Part shown: one piece after another, positions 50,365 through 58,739 of the stretch
Position numbering within the stretch: the stretch's first letter is position 1
Layout: every line of letters starts with the position of its first letter
Assembly (NCBI GenBank): GCA_046539325.1
Contig: JBKHHD010000006.1
Span: 3,898 to 67,897, forward strand
Length of the DNA stretch: 64,000 nt
Direction: 5' to 3'
Origin: Candidatus Aenigmatarchaeota archaeon
GTDB taxonomy: Archaea > Aenigmatarchaeota > Aenigmatarchaeia > PWEA01
Position numbers and translations under genes: made by a program
The notes under the pieces: generated by a model
What the model saw: the letters and a program-made list of their open reading frames with translations, nothing else
Databases searched by the model: none
What the model was told of the DNA's origin: nothing

Positions 50365-51453
50365 TCAGGTGTCCACTAATAAATTTTTGGTCTTAGTGTC
50401 TAAGAAGTAGACGTAGCCCTTTCCTCTCTTCTTCCTTTCGATTATGTCCTCCTTGAGCAGCCTCCTTAATATATTGTTAACGGACCTGACGGCATGCTGT
50501 TTCGTCTTATAGCTGTCTGTTCCAAGTTTCTCGGCTATATCTGACGGGAATAGCTCATCTTCCTCGGAAAGTATCTTTACTATCTCCCTCTGCTTGTAGG
50601 GAAGATCTTTAAGGAAGTCTCTTCCCTTCTCCTTGCTCTCTTCCTCCTTCTCCATATCGTCCTCAAAGCCCTTAAGCTCATCTAATTCCTTCTTATCGTT
50701 CTCAAGGGCCCAGTTTATCATCTTGTCACATATCTTGAGAACTTCACGCGGGAAACCTCCTGTCTTCTCGTAAATTTGTTTCACACAGTCCTCTGTGAAG
50801 GGTGAAATACCCTCTCCTCCTGCGTCTTCTATCCTTCTTCTTATAAGGTCCCTTGTTTCTTCTTCATCCAAGGTAGTAAGGTCTATTCTCGTCGTGACTC
50901 TACTCTTAAGCGTTTCAACGTTCTCCTTGAGTTTTTCATCAATCGCAGGCAAGCCTGCAAATATGAACTGTATTTCATCGACCTGATCAGTTATAGTTCT
51001 CAACCACTGCAAGACCTTAACATCTGATTCATGGGCCTCATCAACCATTAGTAGAAGGTTTTCATTAAGACGATCGCCGAGATAATCTGAAAGATCGTGA
51101 ATACTCACATTCACGCCAAAAATCCTTTCCCAAAGTGAAGGCTTTATTTTTTCCGTGAATATGTCAACAATTTCATCGTATTGCGGGGGCTTAGATAGGT
51201 ATAGAACCTCAAAGTTATCATTGAACTTTTCCTCAACCAGCTTAAGAAGGGTAGTTTTTCCTGCTCCTGTAGCACCCGACACCAACGCAAACTTCCTATT
51301 TTCTTGGATATGGTACGTAAGCTTCCTAAGTTCCTTATCGTATCCAACGAACAAATCAGGATCAATTTTCAGTGTGAAGGGATTTCTCTCAAGGCCCACC
51401 TCCTCAAACCACTCACTTACCTCCTCTTCATAGCTGTTTAACATTAATTTCAC
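50365..51453 (-). CDS. AAA+ ATPase (ExeA/AAA_22-like core) with C-terminal winged helix; Orc1/Cdc6-like architecture
   Basis: NPFTLKIDPDLFVGYDKEL, Walker A GATGAGKTT, Walker B LLMVDEAHE, GGFPREV, C-terminal wHTH (REIVKIL..FPSDIAEKLG..RRLLKEDIIERKKRGKGYVYF); GTG 51453 or ATG 51444 start. Confidence 0.75.
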   Translation of the reverse strand: MKLMLNSYEEEVSEWFEEVGLERNPFTLKIDPDLFVGYDKELRKLTYHIQENRKFALVSGATGAGKTTLLKLVEEKFNDNFEVLYLSKPPQYDEIVDIFTEKIKPSLWERIFGVNVSIHDLSDYLGDRLNENLLLMVDEAHESDVKVLQWLRTITDQVDEIQFIFAGLPAIDEKLKENVETLKSRVTTRIDLTTLDEEETRDLIRRRIEDAGGEGISPFTEDCVKQIYEKTGGFPREVLKICDKMINWALENDKKELDELKGFEDDMEKEEESKEKGRDFLKDLPYKQREIVKILSEEDELFPSDIAEKLGTDSYKTKQHAVRSVNNILRRLLKEDIIERKKRGKGYVYFLDTKTKNLLVDT

Positions 51454-51499
51454 GCCTTATTCATTTATTTTAAACCTTTTTCATACACAAATTAAACAC

Positions 51500-51770
51500 A
51501 TGTGTGAATGTTTTGTGAATATAATGTTAACTTAAAATGAATTTAATATTTAAACGTTTAATTTAACGTGGTTTTAATGAGATATTCACATACTGTAACA
51601 TCTTCATTTCATACTTCACGTTTAATTAACCCTTTCATGTGAATGTAACGTTACTCAATATTACACGAAATTAATCACGTTACATAAAAATGAAGTTTAA
51701 ATGAAGTTCACGTTACCCTCAAATTACATTCACATAGCATTCATAAACATTCACTAGACATTCACGCACG
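51500..51770. repeat. repeat family A: GTGAATGT/ACATTCAC in opposed orientations, including four helically phased copies
   Basis: + copies at 51504, 51515, 51639; complement copies at 51583, 51726, 51737 (GCATTCAT), 51747, 51758; palindrome GTAACGTTAC 51645-54; CACGTTAC at 51676 and 51709; tandem AATGAAGTT(T/C)A 51689-51710. Confidence 0.8.
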
Positions 51771-51924
51771 CTAGAATCTACGTTAATTTGGGTTAATTAA
51801 GATGTGAAGGACTGTTACTCGGGAAAAATAGCCCCTTTACCTTAACCAATGACGTCTGAGGGGAATTTTTTTCTAGAAAAGGTAAGACTTGTGGATAAAT
51901 GACCCATTTCATGGTTAAGTTATA

Positions 51925-52190
51925 GAAATGTGAGTGTTTTACGATCCAGACCAGGGGAAATTGGACAAATTATGTACAAATAGGGCATGTGTGGAGGTCA
52001 AAATGTGAGAGTTCTGAACTGAGTAAGTTACCAGATAAGCATGAGAAATACATAAAATGTGAGATTTAAGCCCGTGGAAGGCAAATATAGGTAAATTGTG
52101 AGTGTTATACTAGAAAATAATGTGTGAAATGTTCTAAATGTGAGTATTAACTTAGGAAAATGAGACTATCAATTATCTGTGAGTATATTT
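51925..52190. repeat. repeat family B: AA(A)TGTGAG(T/A), six co-oriented copies
   Basis: 51927, 52002, 52056, 52094 (AATTGTGAG), 52137, 52177 (CTGTGAG; inside the 3' end of the next CDS). Confidence 0.8.
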
Positions 52191-52483
52191 CTAGCTCGAA
52201 GCAAATAGTCCACTGGTTTTCCTGAATCAAGCTGTTCTCGAATGCCATCTTTCAATTTTATGAGCCTTATTCCGAAGTATTTGCCGTCTCCATCCTTTGC
52301 TCCCTTTGATTCAACTATAGAATCAATAACTTCCTCTATATAATAATGAACGGTAGATAAAGGCACAGAAGACTCTCTAGATAGCTTCCTTAGCCAAATA
52401 CCGTCAGGATATTTCCTTAAAGTTCCTACAAGGTCTTCTACTTTGTCTAAGTCTAGGCCATTTTGATTTTTATCATTAGTCAT
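52169..52483 (-). CDS. small winged-helix DNA-binding protein
   Basis: GIWLRKLSRESSVPLSTVHYYIEEV wHTH pattern, 104 aa. Confidence 0.6.
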   Translation of the reverse strand: MTNDKNQNGLDLDKVEDLVGTLRKYPDGIWLRKLSRESSVPLSTVHYYIEEVIDSIVESKGAKDGDGKYFGIRLIKLKDGIREQLDSGKPVDYLLRARNILTDN

Positions 52484-52491
52484 GGTTTACC

Positions 52492-52508
52492 ATTGAACAC
52501 CGTTCAAT
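52492..52508. promoter_or_regulatory. palindrome ATTGAAC-acc-GTTCAAT just upstream of the 52483 start (candidate operator)
   Basis: Perfect 7-bp inverted repeat 9 nt from the ATG, in the divergent spacer shared with thpR. Confidence 0.35.
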
Positions 52509-52592
52509 AGGGTATACATATCCTTCGGATTTTATAATATTATTCACAGTACGAGTTTTATAAGTTAACCTGAAAATGTAAAATATGGTACT

Positions 52593-53144
52593 ATGAGGTT
52601 TTTTCTGGGAACAAAGATTGATGAAAGCCTCATAAAAGCTGTTTCGAAGGTAAGGAATTCATTCAGAGATCTGGATGCAGACATAAAGGCTGTAAAGGAT
52701 GAAAACCTACATCTTACAGTCAAGTTTCTTGGCGAAATAGACGAAGAAGAGTTAGAAAGAATCGACTGCATAAGGGAAGCATTGGCCGACTTTCAACCCT
52801 TTGAGCTTGAGCTAAAGGACGTAGGAGTCTTCCCTTCTAGAGACTACATAAAGGTAATCTGGGCGGGAGCAGGTAAAGGAAGGGAAAAGTTTGCAGAGCT
52901 CATGTCTGAAATAGAAAACAGGACAAGGGAGGAAGGATTTGAGAAGGACGAAAACGATCCCGTTCCACACGTAACCATAGGGAGAGTGAAAAGCGGGAGG
53001 AACAAACAGCTAATACAGTCCGAGCTGGACGAATGGAAGGGAAAAACGTTTGGACAGATGCTCGTTGACCGAGTAACTCTCTTCAAGAGCAAGCTTACTC
53101 CAAAGGGTCCTGTATACGAAAAAATAAAGGACTACGAACTATGA
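52593..53144 (+). CDS. thpR: RNA 2',3'-cyclic phosphodiesterase (ThpR/LigT, 2H family)
   Basis: Two HxT motifs: HLTVKFLGE and HVTIGRV. Confidence 0.88.
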   Translation: MRFFLGTKIDESLIKAVSKVRNSFRDLDADIKAVKDENLHLTVKFLGEIDEEELERIDCIREALADFQPFELELKDVGVFPSRDYIKVIWAGAGKGREKFAELMSEIENRTREEGFEKDENDPVPHVTIGRVKSGRNKQLIQSELDEWKGKTFGQMLVDRVTLFKSKLTPKGPVYEKIKDYEL

Positions 53145-53512
53145 AGGACGAAAAACTTTACAAGATATCCTTAGCTGCTTCCGTAATAGGATTAATCCTA
53201 CTGTTCACCTTCTCCCATATAACCTCGCCTGAAACAAAGGAAGTATCTGAAGTAGATCCGGGTAACGTAGGAAGTAGAGTAGAGGTGTCCGGAACAGTTG
53301 AAGAGAAATATGTAACGCAAGATGGTCATCTATTTTTTCACGTGAAGGAAAACAACGACGAAATAAATGTGGCTATGTTCAACGACAACCTACAGTCAAT
53401 GGCCATTGAACCTGATTACATACAAGAAGGGCAGAAAGTAACTGTTGCTGGCGACGTTGAAATGTACGAAGGGGAACTCCAGATCCTTCCTGTAGAACTA
53501 GAAGTAAGATAA
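53141..53512 (+). CDS. membrane-anchored OB-fold nucleic-acid-binding protein
   Basis: N-terminal TM LAASVIGLILLFTF; VEVSGTVEEK..GHLFFHVKE..INVAMFND..VTVAGDVEMYEGELQILP OB pattern. Confidence 0.65.
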   Translation: MKDEKLYKISLAASVIGLILLFTFSHITSPETKEVSEVDPGNVGSRVEVSGTVEEKYVTQDGHLFFHVKENNDEINVAMFNDNLQSMAIEPDYIQEGQKVTVAGDVEMYEGELQILPVELEVR

Positions 53513-53914
53513 CTACTCGTTGTCTTCCATAGCTTCCTTGACTCCGCCCTTCCTCTTATACAAGATGGACTTTCCGTCTCTCTTCTCCTCTACAAGTCCC
53601 ATTTTCTTTAGCTCCGATACCTTTCTACTGACGTATTCCTGCCTGTAGTTCATTATCTTAGCTAAGTTCTTCGTGCTCATCCATCCGCCAAGAAGATCGA
53701 GTATCCTCTTGTGTACGTCTTTCAGGTCAGACTCGCTTGTATCTTCGGTTATAACCTTATCCAGCTTGTCCTCCATTCTTTCCATTCTTTCATCAAGACT
53801 GTTTAACTTCTCGTGGATCTCCTCAAGCTTGTCCGTCTTGAAGTCAACGGTCTCGACTATCTTTCTCACAACCCCTGTTTCAGGATCCTCAGCCTCGGTA
53901 TGTTCCTGTGGCAT
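53513..53914 (-). CDS. coiled-coil plus winged-helix DNA-binding protein
   Basis: N-terminal heptad region; C-terminal MSTKNLAKIMNYRQEYVSRKVSELKKMGLVEEKRDGKSILY. Confidence 0.6.
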   Translation of the reverse strand: MPQEHTEAEDPETGVVRKIVETVDFKTDKLEEIHEKLNSLDERMERMEDKLDKVITEDTSESDLKDVHKRILDLLGGWMSTKNLAKIMNYRQEYVSRKVSELKKMGLVEEKRDGKSILYKRKGGVKEAMEDNE

Positions 53915-53997
53915 AGTAGGTATACTTTGTCTTTCAGTACTTTTAAGTTTTGAGATAATCGTATAGCTTTATTTAGAAGAAACAACTCTTTGTTTGT

Positions 53998-55131
53998 ATG
54001 TCGAAGAAGCTGCCCTTGGTATTGTACGGAAACAGCTACGAAAATGCTGATCTATATTACGCCACAGAATTCCTCATCAGCGAGAACGTGCTTTACATTG
54101 AAACTGAAGGGAGAAGCTTCCTTATAACAAGTGAGATGGAGAAGGGAAGAGCGGAAGAGGAAAGTGAAGTTGATAGAGTTTTCACGGCGAAGAGTCTCGG
54201 ACTAAAGGAAGAGTTTGAAGGCCTGAACAACGAAGAGAGGAAAGCAAGGATAATTGAGGAAGTAGTTGAGGTTCACACGGACTCAGAGAAAGTAAAGGTT
54301 GAAAGGGACTTTCCGCTAGGCGTGTACAACGAGCTGACCATAGACGTGAAGGTTACAGAAGGGCCGTTTAAAGAACAAAGAGCTCTGAAGGATGGAGATG
54401 AAGTAGAAAAGATAAGAAAGGTTCAACACGCTGCTTCCGAATCTATAATGGCCGCAAAGAAAGTTTTGGAGGAATCAGAGATTAAGGACGGCAAGCTCTT
54501 CTATGAAGAAGAAGTTCTTACACAGGGAAGGCTGAAGAAGGTAATACTACACGACCTCCTCGACAACAACTGCTCCTGTAAAGAGCTTATTGTTTCCTCA
54601 GGCGAGGAAAGCTCCTTTCCACATAAAACCGGAATCGAAGACAAAGTTCTAGAGCCGAACGCTCCAATAATAATCGACGTATTCCCTTTCAACAAAACCA
54701 ATAGATACCACGGTGATATGACACGAACCTTCGTGAAGGGAGGGGTTCCTGAAGAAGTAGAAGATATGCACGAAGCTGTTTTTGGAGCTCAAAGAAGAGC
54801 TCTCGAGGCTTTAAAGCCAGGAGTAAAGGCTTCAGAGGTAGACAAAGCTGTGTGCGAGTTTCTGGAGGACAGGGGCTACTACAGTACTAGGCTGAACGGG
54901 TCAAAGGAAGCAGAGTTCAAGCATTCCACTGGACACGGGATAGGTCTTGAAGTGCATGAAAAACCGAGGATTGGCAAGGGTGTGGACTACGAACTAAAGG
55001 AAGGTAATGTTCTGGCGATCGAGCCTGGACTCTACAGGAAAAGAGGTGGCGTAAGGATAGAAGACCTGGTCGTAGTAAGGGAAGATGGTGCGGAAGTAAT
55101 AGGTGGAATGAACAGGTCCTTGACGGTTTAA
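53998..55131 (+). CDS. M24-family Xaa-Pro aminopeptidase/dipeptidase
   Basis: IIDVFPF..YHGDMTRTF, HSTGHGIGLEVHE, LAIEPG, GGVRIEDLVVV metal-ligand motifs. Confidence 0.88.
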   Translation: MSKKLPLVLYGNSYENADLYYATEFLISENVLYIETEGRSFLITSEMEKGRAEEESEVDRVFTAKSLGLKEEFEGLNNEERKARIIEEVVEVHTDSEKVKVERDFPLGVYNELTIDVKVTEGPFKEQRALKDGDEVEKIRKVQHAASESIMAAKKVLEESEIKDGKLFYEEEVLTQGRLKKVILHDLLDNNCSCKELIVSSGEESSFPHKTGIEDKVLEPNAPIIIDVFPFNKTNRYHGDMTRTFVKGGVPEEVEDMHEAVFGAQRRALEALKPGVKASEVDKAVCEFLEDRGYYSTRLNGSKEAEFKHSTGHGIGLEVHEKPRIGKGVDYELKEGNVLAIEPGLYRKRGGVRIEDLVVVREDGAEVIGGMNRSLTV

Positions 55132-55465
55132 CAAATATCCTCTATCTGTGAAACTCCTTTGTTTACTAAGATCTTCTTTATCTCCCCTCGGAGTGAGTTT
55201 TTAGGCACTACACCGAACTTCTCGAGAAAGGAGTTAAGCTTTCTTGCTATCTTCGTCCCTTCGGAATCAAAATCAGTGAGAACAAGCACTTCCGGGAGCC
55301 TTCAAAAACTTCCTTCGCAACCTTGTAAAGTGGTCTGCCGTTGAGCGGTATTATTTCATCTACATCCAGTTCCTTCATTACCTCAACATCACGCTTCCCT
55401 TCAACTATCACAGGGAGACCTGCTTTGTTTATAATTTTCCTGATTTCTTCTTTCATAGTTATCAT
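55128..55465 (-). pseudogene. small Toprim-domain protein interrupted by a frameshift
   Basis: Frame 1: MITMKEEIRKIINKAGLPVIVEGKRD...AKEVFEGSRKCLFSLILIPKGRR*. The adjacent frame continues VLVLTDFDSEGTKIARKLNSFLEKFGVVPKNSLRGEIKKILVNKGVSQIEDIC* to 55128. The Toprim Glu and DxD motifs are split between the two frames, and the shift lies near 55290-55301. Confidence 0.7.
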
Positions 55466-55581
55466 TTGAGGAAAGATTTGGCCCACCCATAACATCCTGA
55501 GACATATTTTCCTTGCGGAACTTTCATCAGGACTGATCTAGGTGGGCCTATGTTTAATTTACGAAGAAATTATATAAGCCT

Positions 55582-56100
55582 TCACTGAATTGTGGGCAGC
55601 ATGTCAAAGTAGCTTTTGAGGCCGTCTCTGACCTTCCTCATATAGTCGTTACAGTCCTGTATGAAGACCTGTTTTATGTCGCTGTATATCATCTTCTCGT
55701 AAAAGGTTCTGAAGGCATGCCAGAGCATCGAGCGCTGAAGCCAGGTATCTTGCGGGTAATGTGTCCTAACTCTTGCCGTTCCACTCACCTCTATGTCGCC
55801 CACGTAGTCGTATTCCTCGTGCTTCGCAGGTGTCATCTCTATAAACATCTTGATCTTCACGTAGACGTGTGTGTACTTGTCCTTGGGCTCGTAGGCGCGT
55901 ATCTCAGAAAATATCTTTTCCGTGTCCCCGTCCCTTTTATGCTGGTACTGCTTTTCAGTTATATCGTCTACGCCTATGTTACACTCGTACCTTAGAATGT
56001 CTATGACTTCATTGTAGGCCTCCTGGGGATTAGGAACTGACTCAGCGTCTATATTTACACTAACATCTCCGAAGTCGTCTATTCTGAGGTATGGAGGCAT
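55582..56100 (-). CDS. hypothetical protein
   Basis: 172-aa ORF, ordinary composition, no family recognised. Confidence 0.5.
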   Translation of the reverse strand: MPPYLRIDDFGDVSVNIDAESVPNPQEAYNEVIDILRYECNIGVDDITEKQYQHKRDGDTEKIFSEIRAYEPKDKYTHVYVKIKMFIEMTPAKHEEYDYVGDIEVSGTARVRTHYPQDTWLQRSMLWHAFRTFYEKMIYSDIKQVFIQDCNDYMRKVRDGLKSYFDMLPTIQ

Positions 56101-56163
56101 CTTATCGTCGTTCCATAATACGCGATTAAACTATAAAAAACCTACCCAACAGTATTCAATAGG

Positions 56164-56547
56164 ATGCATAACTACAAAAGAGGTTACAACTTTGAGATAA
56201 GAGTTAGGGATACGTTTCGGGACAAAGGATACGAGGCGGAGAGAAAGGCGGCTTCCGCACCCTACGATCTAATTGTGATGAAGGACGGGCGCGTCTCCTT
56301 CATAATCGACGCTAAGAAGACAGGACAGAGGGACAAAGACCACCTCTACGTAAGCAAGGAAGATATAAAGGACGTTAAGAACGAGGCTGAGAAGATCGGG
56401 GCCACGCCTCTTATAGTTTACGGGTTCTACAGAACGCCCATATACGTAGGAACTGTCGACGAGCTTCTTGAGAGAGGCGGTAAGAACGTCAGACTGGAGC
56501 AAGGAATAAAGCTTGAAAAGTTCATCGACAACTACTCCTCTCTTTAG
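56164..56547 (+). CDS. hjc: Holliday junction resolvase Hjc-like nuclease
   Basis: YKRGYNFE(I), SAPYDLIV, IIDAKKT (E..D..[ED]xK nuclease pattern), collinear with P. furiosus Hjc as recalled. Confidence 0.75.
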   Translation: MHNYKRGYNFEIRVRDTFRDKGYEAERKAASAPYDLIVMKDGRVSFIIDAKKTGQRDKDHLYVSKEDIKDVKNEAEKIGATPLIVYGFYRTPIYVGTVDELLERGGKNVRLEQGIKLEKFIDNYSSL

Positions 56548-56557
56548 GCCAAGAAAA

Positions 56558-56791
56558 CTACTTTCCATCCAATACCTTTTTCCAGAAAGGACGGTCCCAT
56601 CCCCTCTTACTCTTAGATTCTCTTCCCCTGTCTTTCAGAATTCCATAAAAGAAGAACGGTATTGAAAGGAGTAATCCGCCTATCAGGAAAACGAATCCAA
56701 GAATTCTGCTTACTGTAGCGGCGAAGATGAAGTATAGGTTCAGTCCTAGAACGATGCTAAGTATACAGAAGAACAACATTTTTTCCTTCAT
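56558..56791 (-). CDS. small two-TM membrane protein
   Basis: 77 aa, two hydrophobic helices. Confidence 0.4.
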   Translation of the reverse strand: MKEKMLFFCILSIVLGLNLYFIFAATVSRILGFVFLIGGLLLSIPFFFYGILKDRGRESKSKRGWDRPFWKKVLDGK

Positions 56792-56799
56792 CCTTATCC

Positions 56800-57552
56800 T
56801 CAGACAAACCTTTCGGTGAGGTTTTCCCTCATGTCGCCTATATCAGGAGACTGTGAAACAGCCAGCGGTACTTCCTCCGCCTCTGCAACCCTTGCTGCAA
56901 GCTCATCCGCCTCCACTGTGTTTCCGTGGAGAACGACGAGACCTGGCTTCAGGTTGGTTACCTTTATCGCCACCATAGGACTTCTCCCTGTACTTACCTT
57001 TGTGAAGACTAATGCTCTCTCCGTTGTAAGGCCGTAAAGTCTTATCAGTTCCGACGGTGAAAGCTCGACTATAGCTTTGAGGGAATCAATTATAGAGTAG
57101 CCGTATATCTCCTTCTTCTTCATGTCCTTGTTCGCAACTACCTCTGCATTACACGCATCAACGAAGTCCTCTATCTTTACACCCTTCGAGAACTCCTGTA
57201 TATCTATTACAGTGTCTGAAACAACGTCTCCGGGCCTGAACTCGGAGAACTTCTTTATAACATCTCCGCCTCTGCTCTCATCGACATCTACAAGACCGGT
57301 AACTATCTTCTCTATCATCTTTATGCCAGGACTCTGCCTTCTTCCTAGCTCGTAATCGGAGATGACAGAAGGCATAACGTCTATCTTGTCCGCGAGCTTT
57401 CTCTGAGAGATTTCAAATATGTTTCTCCACTTCTTTATTGTTTTTCCAGGATCCTCTGAGAGAACGATCTCGCCTGATATCTTCTTCTTAAGCCTGTCCT
57501 TAAGGATATCCTGTCCGTCCTCCTCAGAAACATCCATGCCTTGAGGTGTCAT
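56800..57552 (-). CDS. XRE-family HTH regulator with uncharacterised C-terminal domain (archaeal type)
   Basis: ISQRKLADKIDVMPSVISDYELGRRQ HTH. Confidence 0.7.
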   Translation of the reverse strand: MTPQGMDVSEEDGQDILKDRLKKKISGEIVLSEDPGKTIKKWRNIFEISQRKLADKIDVMPSVISDYELGRRQSPGIKMIEKIVTGLVDVDESRGGDVIKKFSEFRPGDVVSDTVIDIQEFSKGVKIEDFVDACNAEVVANKDMKKKEIYGYSIIDSLKAIVELSPSELIRLYGLTTERALVFTKVSTGRSPMVAIKVTNLKPGLVVLHGNTVEADELAARVAEAEEVPLAVSQSPDIGDMRENLTERFV

Positions 57553-57606
57553 ATCCGCTTTATCCTTTTATGCAAAACTATTTAAAATTTCACCAATTGT
57601 CGATGT

Positions 57607-57623
57607 CTAAAAATGATTTTTAG
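57607..57623. promoter_or_regulatory. perfect palindrome CTAAAAAT-g-ATTTTTAG in a divergent promoter region
   Basis: Read directly; lies between the XRE regulator (-) and the reductase (+). Confidence 0.3.
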
Positions 57624-57703
57624 CCGGACTGTCGAAGTTAAAGGAGGAAAGGTGCTTATACAATCACGGTAAACTTAAATTTGTTGTTCAGAAAGTCTTT
57701 CCT

Positions 57704-58735
57704 ATGTACGACCTGATAGTCTCCGGCGCCGGCCCCGTAGGTTCGCACCTTGCCAGACAGTTCACAAAGAAGGGACAAGACGTCCTACTACTGGAGAAAG
57801 GAGAGGTAGGGAAACCACTCAAAGGAACGGGCCACGTCTCCACGGACATATTCGACCATGTTCCAAAGGACGAAAGTTTCATAGAAAAGGAGATATACGG
57901 AGCCGAAGTCCACGACCGTTTCGGAAGCTACTCCTTCGGAAGAGATCGCTTGACTTCCTACGTAATTGACAGAGTGGAGTTCGATAAATATATGGTAGAC
58001 CTTGCAAAGGAGGAGGGCGTGGAGTTCAAAAATGAGAAATTCGATGGCTACGAAGCGGAAAGAGGTAAGGTAATAGTAGAGACGAATGAAGGTAAGTACG
58101 AAAGCAGACTGCTGGCGGGCTGCGACGGACCACAGTCGGACGTGAGGACCGCCTCAGAAATGGACGGACCTAAGATGTTCCTCCACGGAATATTTACGGA
58201 GCAGATAGAGGTGGAACCGATAGAGCAGGACTACGTCGAACTGTTTCTGGACGCGAGCGATGACTTCTTCGGCTGGAAGGTTCCGAGAGAGGAAAGTTTC
58301 GAATACGGTCTAGCGCTAGAACAGGGAAGGGATACGAGGGAGGCACTGGAAAGGTTCTCAGAAAAGGAAGGGTTTAATATCAGGAAGGTTTACGCAGGTA
58401 TGATACCAATACTACCGCCAGAAGAAATCCATAAGGGCAGGGCATTTCTATGTGGAGACGCTGCAGGGCATACAAAGCCTTTTTCCGGTGGGGGGTTAAT
58501 CTACGGGCTGACAGCAGCGAAGATAGTCGCGGAAACGATAGATCCTGAAAGGCCTACTACACTAGAAAACTATGAGGACGAATGGAGGGATGAACTGATG
58601 GGCGAGATAAATCTAGGAGACAAGATAAGGAAGTTCTACAAGCGGCCGTCCTGGTTCAGAGAGCCGATGCTATGGTTGGGCGAGAAGATGTCACAGGGAG
58701 CCCACATGGACAGACCTAGCTCTCTTCTCAGGTGA
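57704..58735 (+). CDS. geranylgeranyl reductase-family FAD-dependent oxidoreductase
   Basis: YDLIVSGAGPVGS dinucleotide fold, CGDAAGHTKPFSGGGL. Confidence 0.85.
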   Translation: MYDLIVSGAGPVGSHLARQFTKKGQDVLLLEKGEVGKPLKGTGHVSTDIFDHVPKDESFIEKEIYGAEVHDRFGSYSFGRDRLTSYVIDRVEFDKYMVDLAKEEGVEFKNEKFDGYEAERGKVIVETNEGKYESRLLAGCDGPQSDVRTASEMDGPKMFLHGIFTEQIEVEPIEQDYVELFLDASDDFFGWKVPREESFEYGLALEQGRDTREALERFSEKEGFNIRKVYAGMIPILPPEEIHKGRAFLCGDAAGHTKPFSGGGLIYGLTAAKIVAETIDPERPTTLENYEDEWRDELMGEINLGDKIRKFYKRPSWFREPMLWLGEKMSQGAHMDRPSSLLR

Positions 58736-58739
58736 AAGC

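Noticed and set aside
51454-52190. CRISPR array as an explanation for the repeat field.
   Set aside because: The repeats are only 8-12 nt, of two families, in both orientations and with irregular 10-75 bp spacing. There are no 24-40 nt repeats with regular unique spacers, and no cas genes in the window.
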